A DNA stretch of 64,000 bases, taken from contig CM075991.1 of NCBI GenBank assembly GCA_038087875.1, positions 2,976,001-3,040,000 on the forward strand. The letters run 5' to 3'. This DNA is from Malacoraja senta (Eukaryota). The notes under the pieces are model-generated. The model ran no database searches, had not been told where the DNA came from, and worked only from the letters and a program-made list of their open reading frames with translations. This document shows positions 62,101 to 64,000 of the stretch, piece after piece. Numbering within the stretch: the stretch's first letter is position 1; the number at the start of each line of letters is the position of its first letter. The translations under genes and the position numbers were made by a program.

Positions 62101-63772
62101 AGAGGCTTTTGGAAACATACATGGGATTACAGTGAATGAAGGGATGTGGCAGGCAGAGGAGATTAGCGTGACATCACATTTGGCACAGACAATGTAGGCC
62201 AAAGGGCCTGTAATTAATGTGGCACTGCTCATGGGGCAGATACATACAGAATGATCAGCTTTACAGAATACAAGATTATACCTAGTTATTTAAGCGAACA
62301 TTCCTAATGAAGATCTTTCTTTCACCTGTCAATTACTCCAGGGATCCGTTATCCTTTCTACGGGGTTCAGTGGCACCCAGAAACAAGTCGCTTTCAGTGG
62401 CAGCCGGACATGGCTTTCCCGCACTCTCCAAATGCGGTTCAACTCTCCTTTCTCCTGGCTGATTTTTTTGTGAATGAAGGTACTTTGTTTGCAAGCAAAA
62501 GTGTAAAAAATGTGGCGTCACAATATTTGAAAATAGGATTTACCCTTTTGTACCCAGTAATTTAGAGGTGGACGGCAAATGAATTAGCATTGATATTCAC
62601 ATGAATGTTAAAAACTACCAGAATCTAATCTCTTACATAGTGCACAGTGGCATAGCTTGTAGAGCCGTTACCTCACAGCACCAGGGACCCAGGTTCCATC
62701 CTGATCTCGGGTGCTGTCGGTGTGGAGTGTGCAAGTTCTCCCTGGGAATGTGTGGGCTTCCTCGGAGTTCCTCCCACATCTGAAAGACATGTTGGTTTAT
62801 AGGATTATAGGTTAATTGGCCTCTGTAAATTGCCCCGAGTGCGTAAGGAGTGGTGAGAAAGTGGGATAGCAGAACTATTGTGAATGCGTGATTGAAGGTA
62901 GGCATGAACTCAGTGCTATCTCTAAACTACCTCAATGTCATCTGTAAAAAATCTAGCGTCACAATCTCTAGACGTCAGTTTGAGTAACTGAACTGACTAA
63001 ATGGCAGCTAAAATGTTATGTCTGGTATTGGTAGAGGAAGTGAGCGTCCCACACTGACCACTAAAGTCCCAGGTTAAAACATTCGCTTTATCTGTACAGA
63101 TACAGCCGAGATTCATCAGGTTATTTATCAGTTTAAAGATGAACTGTCATAGAAGGTTCTTTTCCAAAACACTATCCAGCAATTTTGTTGTTAAATTGTT
63201 AAGTGTAGATGTGGAAGAAAGCAGCATCTGTCTTCAATCTGACTATTGTACAGTTAATTGCCTGCTGGCAAGTATTCTCAGACAGGAAGTTTTGATTGAG
63301 CTATTGGACTCCGTTATCACAGTGCCCTCCTCCGATTTCAACATAATTTCCTCTTGCAGAGTTACTTCCTCTACTCATGTTAGAGTCTCTGGTTTAAAAA
63401 TAAGTCGGAGTTCACAGAGAAGGTCATCGTTCTTGAGGATAGATAGATCACTGGATGACAAGATGGCCGATCGTATCAACTGAGTTTGTTGTTATTGCTG
63501 TTAGTCTGCAACATGAATGGTATTCTTAATGCCTGTCATGTGTGCGACACCATTCCTCCCATTGTTCATTGTGAAAATATTCTAAAGTTATTTTATTTCG
63601 ATACCCTGCACTCTTGATTTGTTTGCCTCTGATAACTTTTTGATTTGTGTTTGCAGCTCGGAAGAACTTTCATCATTTCCCAAGTCCAGAAGAAGAGAAA
63701 GCAGCTCTGATCTATAACTACAACCCACAATATGTGCCTACATCCAGCTATATCCAGGTCTATTTTTTCTAA
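44103..63772 (+). CDS. GGH: Gamma-glutamyl hydrolase family (peptidase C26) protein, complete, 9 exons, 309 aa; possibly a GGH paralog
   Basis: Exons 44103-44190, 47744-47855, 48459-48509, 51355-51439, 52850-52988, 57714-57820, 59905-59998, 62342-62479, 63657-63772 sum to 930 nt, all GT-AG and in phase. Hydrophobic signal-like N-terminus followed by [40 protein letters not shown] (catalytic Cys), ANFHH, GVQWHPE (His/Glu) and ALIYNY. Confidence 0.93.
45990..47100 (-). mobile_element. Old CR1-type LINE fragment
   Basis: Degenerate CR1 RT and 3' nucleotide motifs. Confidence 0.7.
47744..47855 (+). CDS. GGH: GGH-like exon 2
   Basis: [40 protein letters not shown] bounded. Confidence 0.95.
48459..48509 (+). 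CDS. GGH: GGH-like exon 3
   Basis: [21 protein letters not shown] bounded. Confidence 0.93.
48560..50000 (+). mobile_element. Old CR1-type LINE fragment with nested short repeats
   Basis: YINNLDEN...SKFANDFKI; two Penelope-tail repeats inserted. Confidence 0.75.
51355..51439 (+). CDS. GGH: GGH-like exon 4
   Basis: [32 protein letters not shown] bounded. Confidence 0.95.
51692..52062 (+). mobile_element. Young CR1-type LINE 3' end
   Basis: [10 protein letters not shown]...[14 protein letters not shown]...[13 protein letters not shown]; (ttctatgt)n tail. Confidence 0.92.
52850..52988 (+). CDS. GGH: GGH-like exon 5
   Basis: [50 protein letters not shown] bounded. Confidence 0.95.
53465..53866 (-). 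mobile_element. Penelope-like 3' fragment with tail
   Basis: Minus strand [29 protein letters not shown] end plus CTGAAGAAGGGTTTCGGCCCGAAA tail. Confidence 0.85.
54922..56369 (-). mobile_element. Rex1/Babar-type LINE, 5'-truncated, uninterrupted RT ORF (410 aa)
   Basis: [53 protein letters not shown]; (ttcaga)n tail on the plus strand; interrupts an old CR1 fragment. Confidence 0.95.
57714..57820 (+). CDS. GGH: GGH-like exon 6
   Basis: [39 protein letters not shown] bounded. Confidence 0.95.
58209..58665 (-). mobile_element. CR1-type LINE 3' fragment
   Basis: MAGLSY...[14 protein letters not shown]...[14 protein letters not shown]. Confidence 0.9.
58978..59280 (+). mobile_element. tRNA-derived V-SINE (HE1-like)
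   Basis: A box TGGCGCAGCTGG, B box GGTTCAATCC, V-domain and CR1-like tail gaagggcctgtttt. Confidence 0.85.
59905..59998 (+). CDS. GGH: GGH-like exon 7
   Basis: [35 protein letters not shown] bounded. Confidence 0.95.
60068..60404 (-). mobile_element. Young tRNA-derived SINE with CORE-like domain, L2-type tail and 10-bp TSD
   Basis: B box GGTTCGAATCC; GTGTCCTTGGGCAAGACACTT; tail AAAGGCGCTATATAAAT...(ATT)n; TSD gtcctattgt at 60058-60067 and 60405-60414. Confidence 0.88.
60790..61100 (+). mobile_element. tRNA-derived V-SINE
   Basis: As the copy at 58978. Confidence 0.8.
62342..62479 (+). CDS. GGH: GGH-like exon 8
   Basis: [49 protein letters not shown] bounded. Confidence 0.95.
62641..62915 (+). 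mobile_element. tRNA-derived V-SINE
   Basis: As the copy at 58978. Confidence 0.8.
63657..63772 (+). CDS. GGH: GGH-like exon 9 (terminal)
   Basis: [37 protein letters not shown]. Confidence 0.93.
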
Positions 63773-64000
63773 ACAATTGTAAATAGGGTATTAATTATTG
63801 CAGATGCGGTACAAAAAAGGATACCAAGTACTGGAATAACTCAATGGGTCAGGGTTTGAAGAAGGATATCGATCCGATACATTGTCTATCCATGTTCTCC
63901 AGAGATGATGCCTGACCCACTACTCCAGCACTGTGTGTTTTTTTAATGATTGCAATAATTTTGAAAGATTTCCACAATGTTAACTTCTTGAAGCGAACAT

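Overview
Repeat-rich vertebrate genomic DNA, most likely from a cartilaginous fish (skate/ray-like, inferred from the CR1, V-SINE and Penelope repeat mix). I reconstructed four spliced protein-coding genes by hand, with GT-AG junctions and consistent phases. These are the last three coding exons of TTI2 (+), a complete 10-exon MAK16 (-, 287 aa), only the terminal exon of RNF122 (-, with TGG where the stop is expected), and a complete 9-exon gamma-glutamyl hydrolase-like gene (+, 309 aa) beyond a 200-N scaffold gap. An independently transcribed U13 (SNORD13) snoRNA gene with PSE and octamer lies at 24947-25048 (-). The rest is mostly transposon-derived: CR1, Rex1/Babar, L1/Tx1, Nimb/I and Penelope fragments, tRNA-SINEs, hAT MITEs, a Tc1 arm and a Helitron end. 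The most unusual observations are ultra-short (15 and 29 bp) CAAAGA...TCTTTG elements with perfect 8-bp TSDs, a multiply nested insertion site at the MAK16 promoter, about 14 hammerhead-ribozyme-like motifs in Penelope-derived tails, a 45-bp GC-rich minisatellite between the MAK16 promoter and its ATG, and a divergent GGH active-site neighbourhood. Family assignments rest on recalled motifs, not on database searches.
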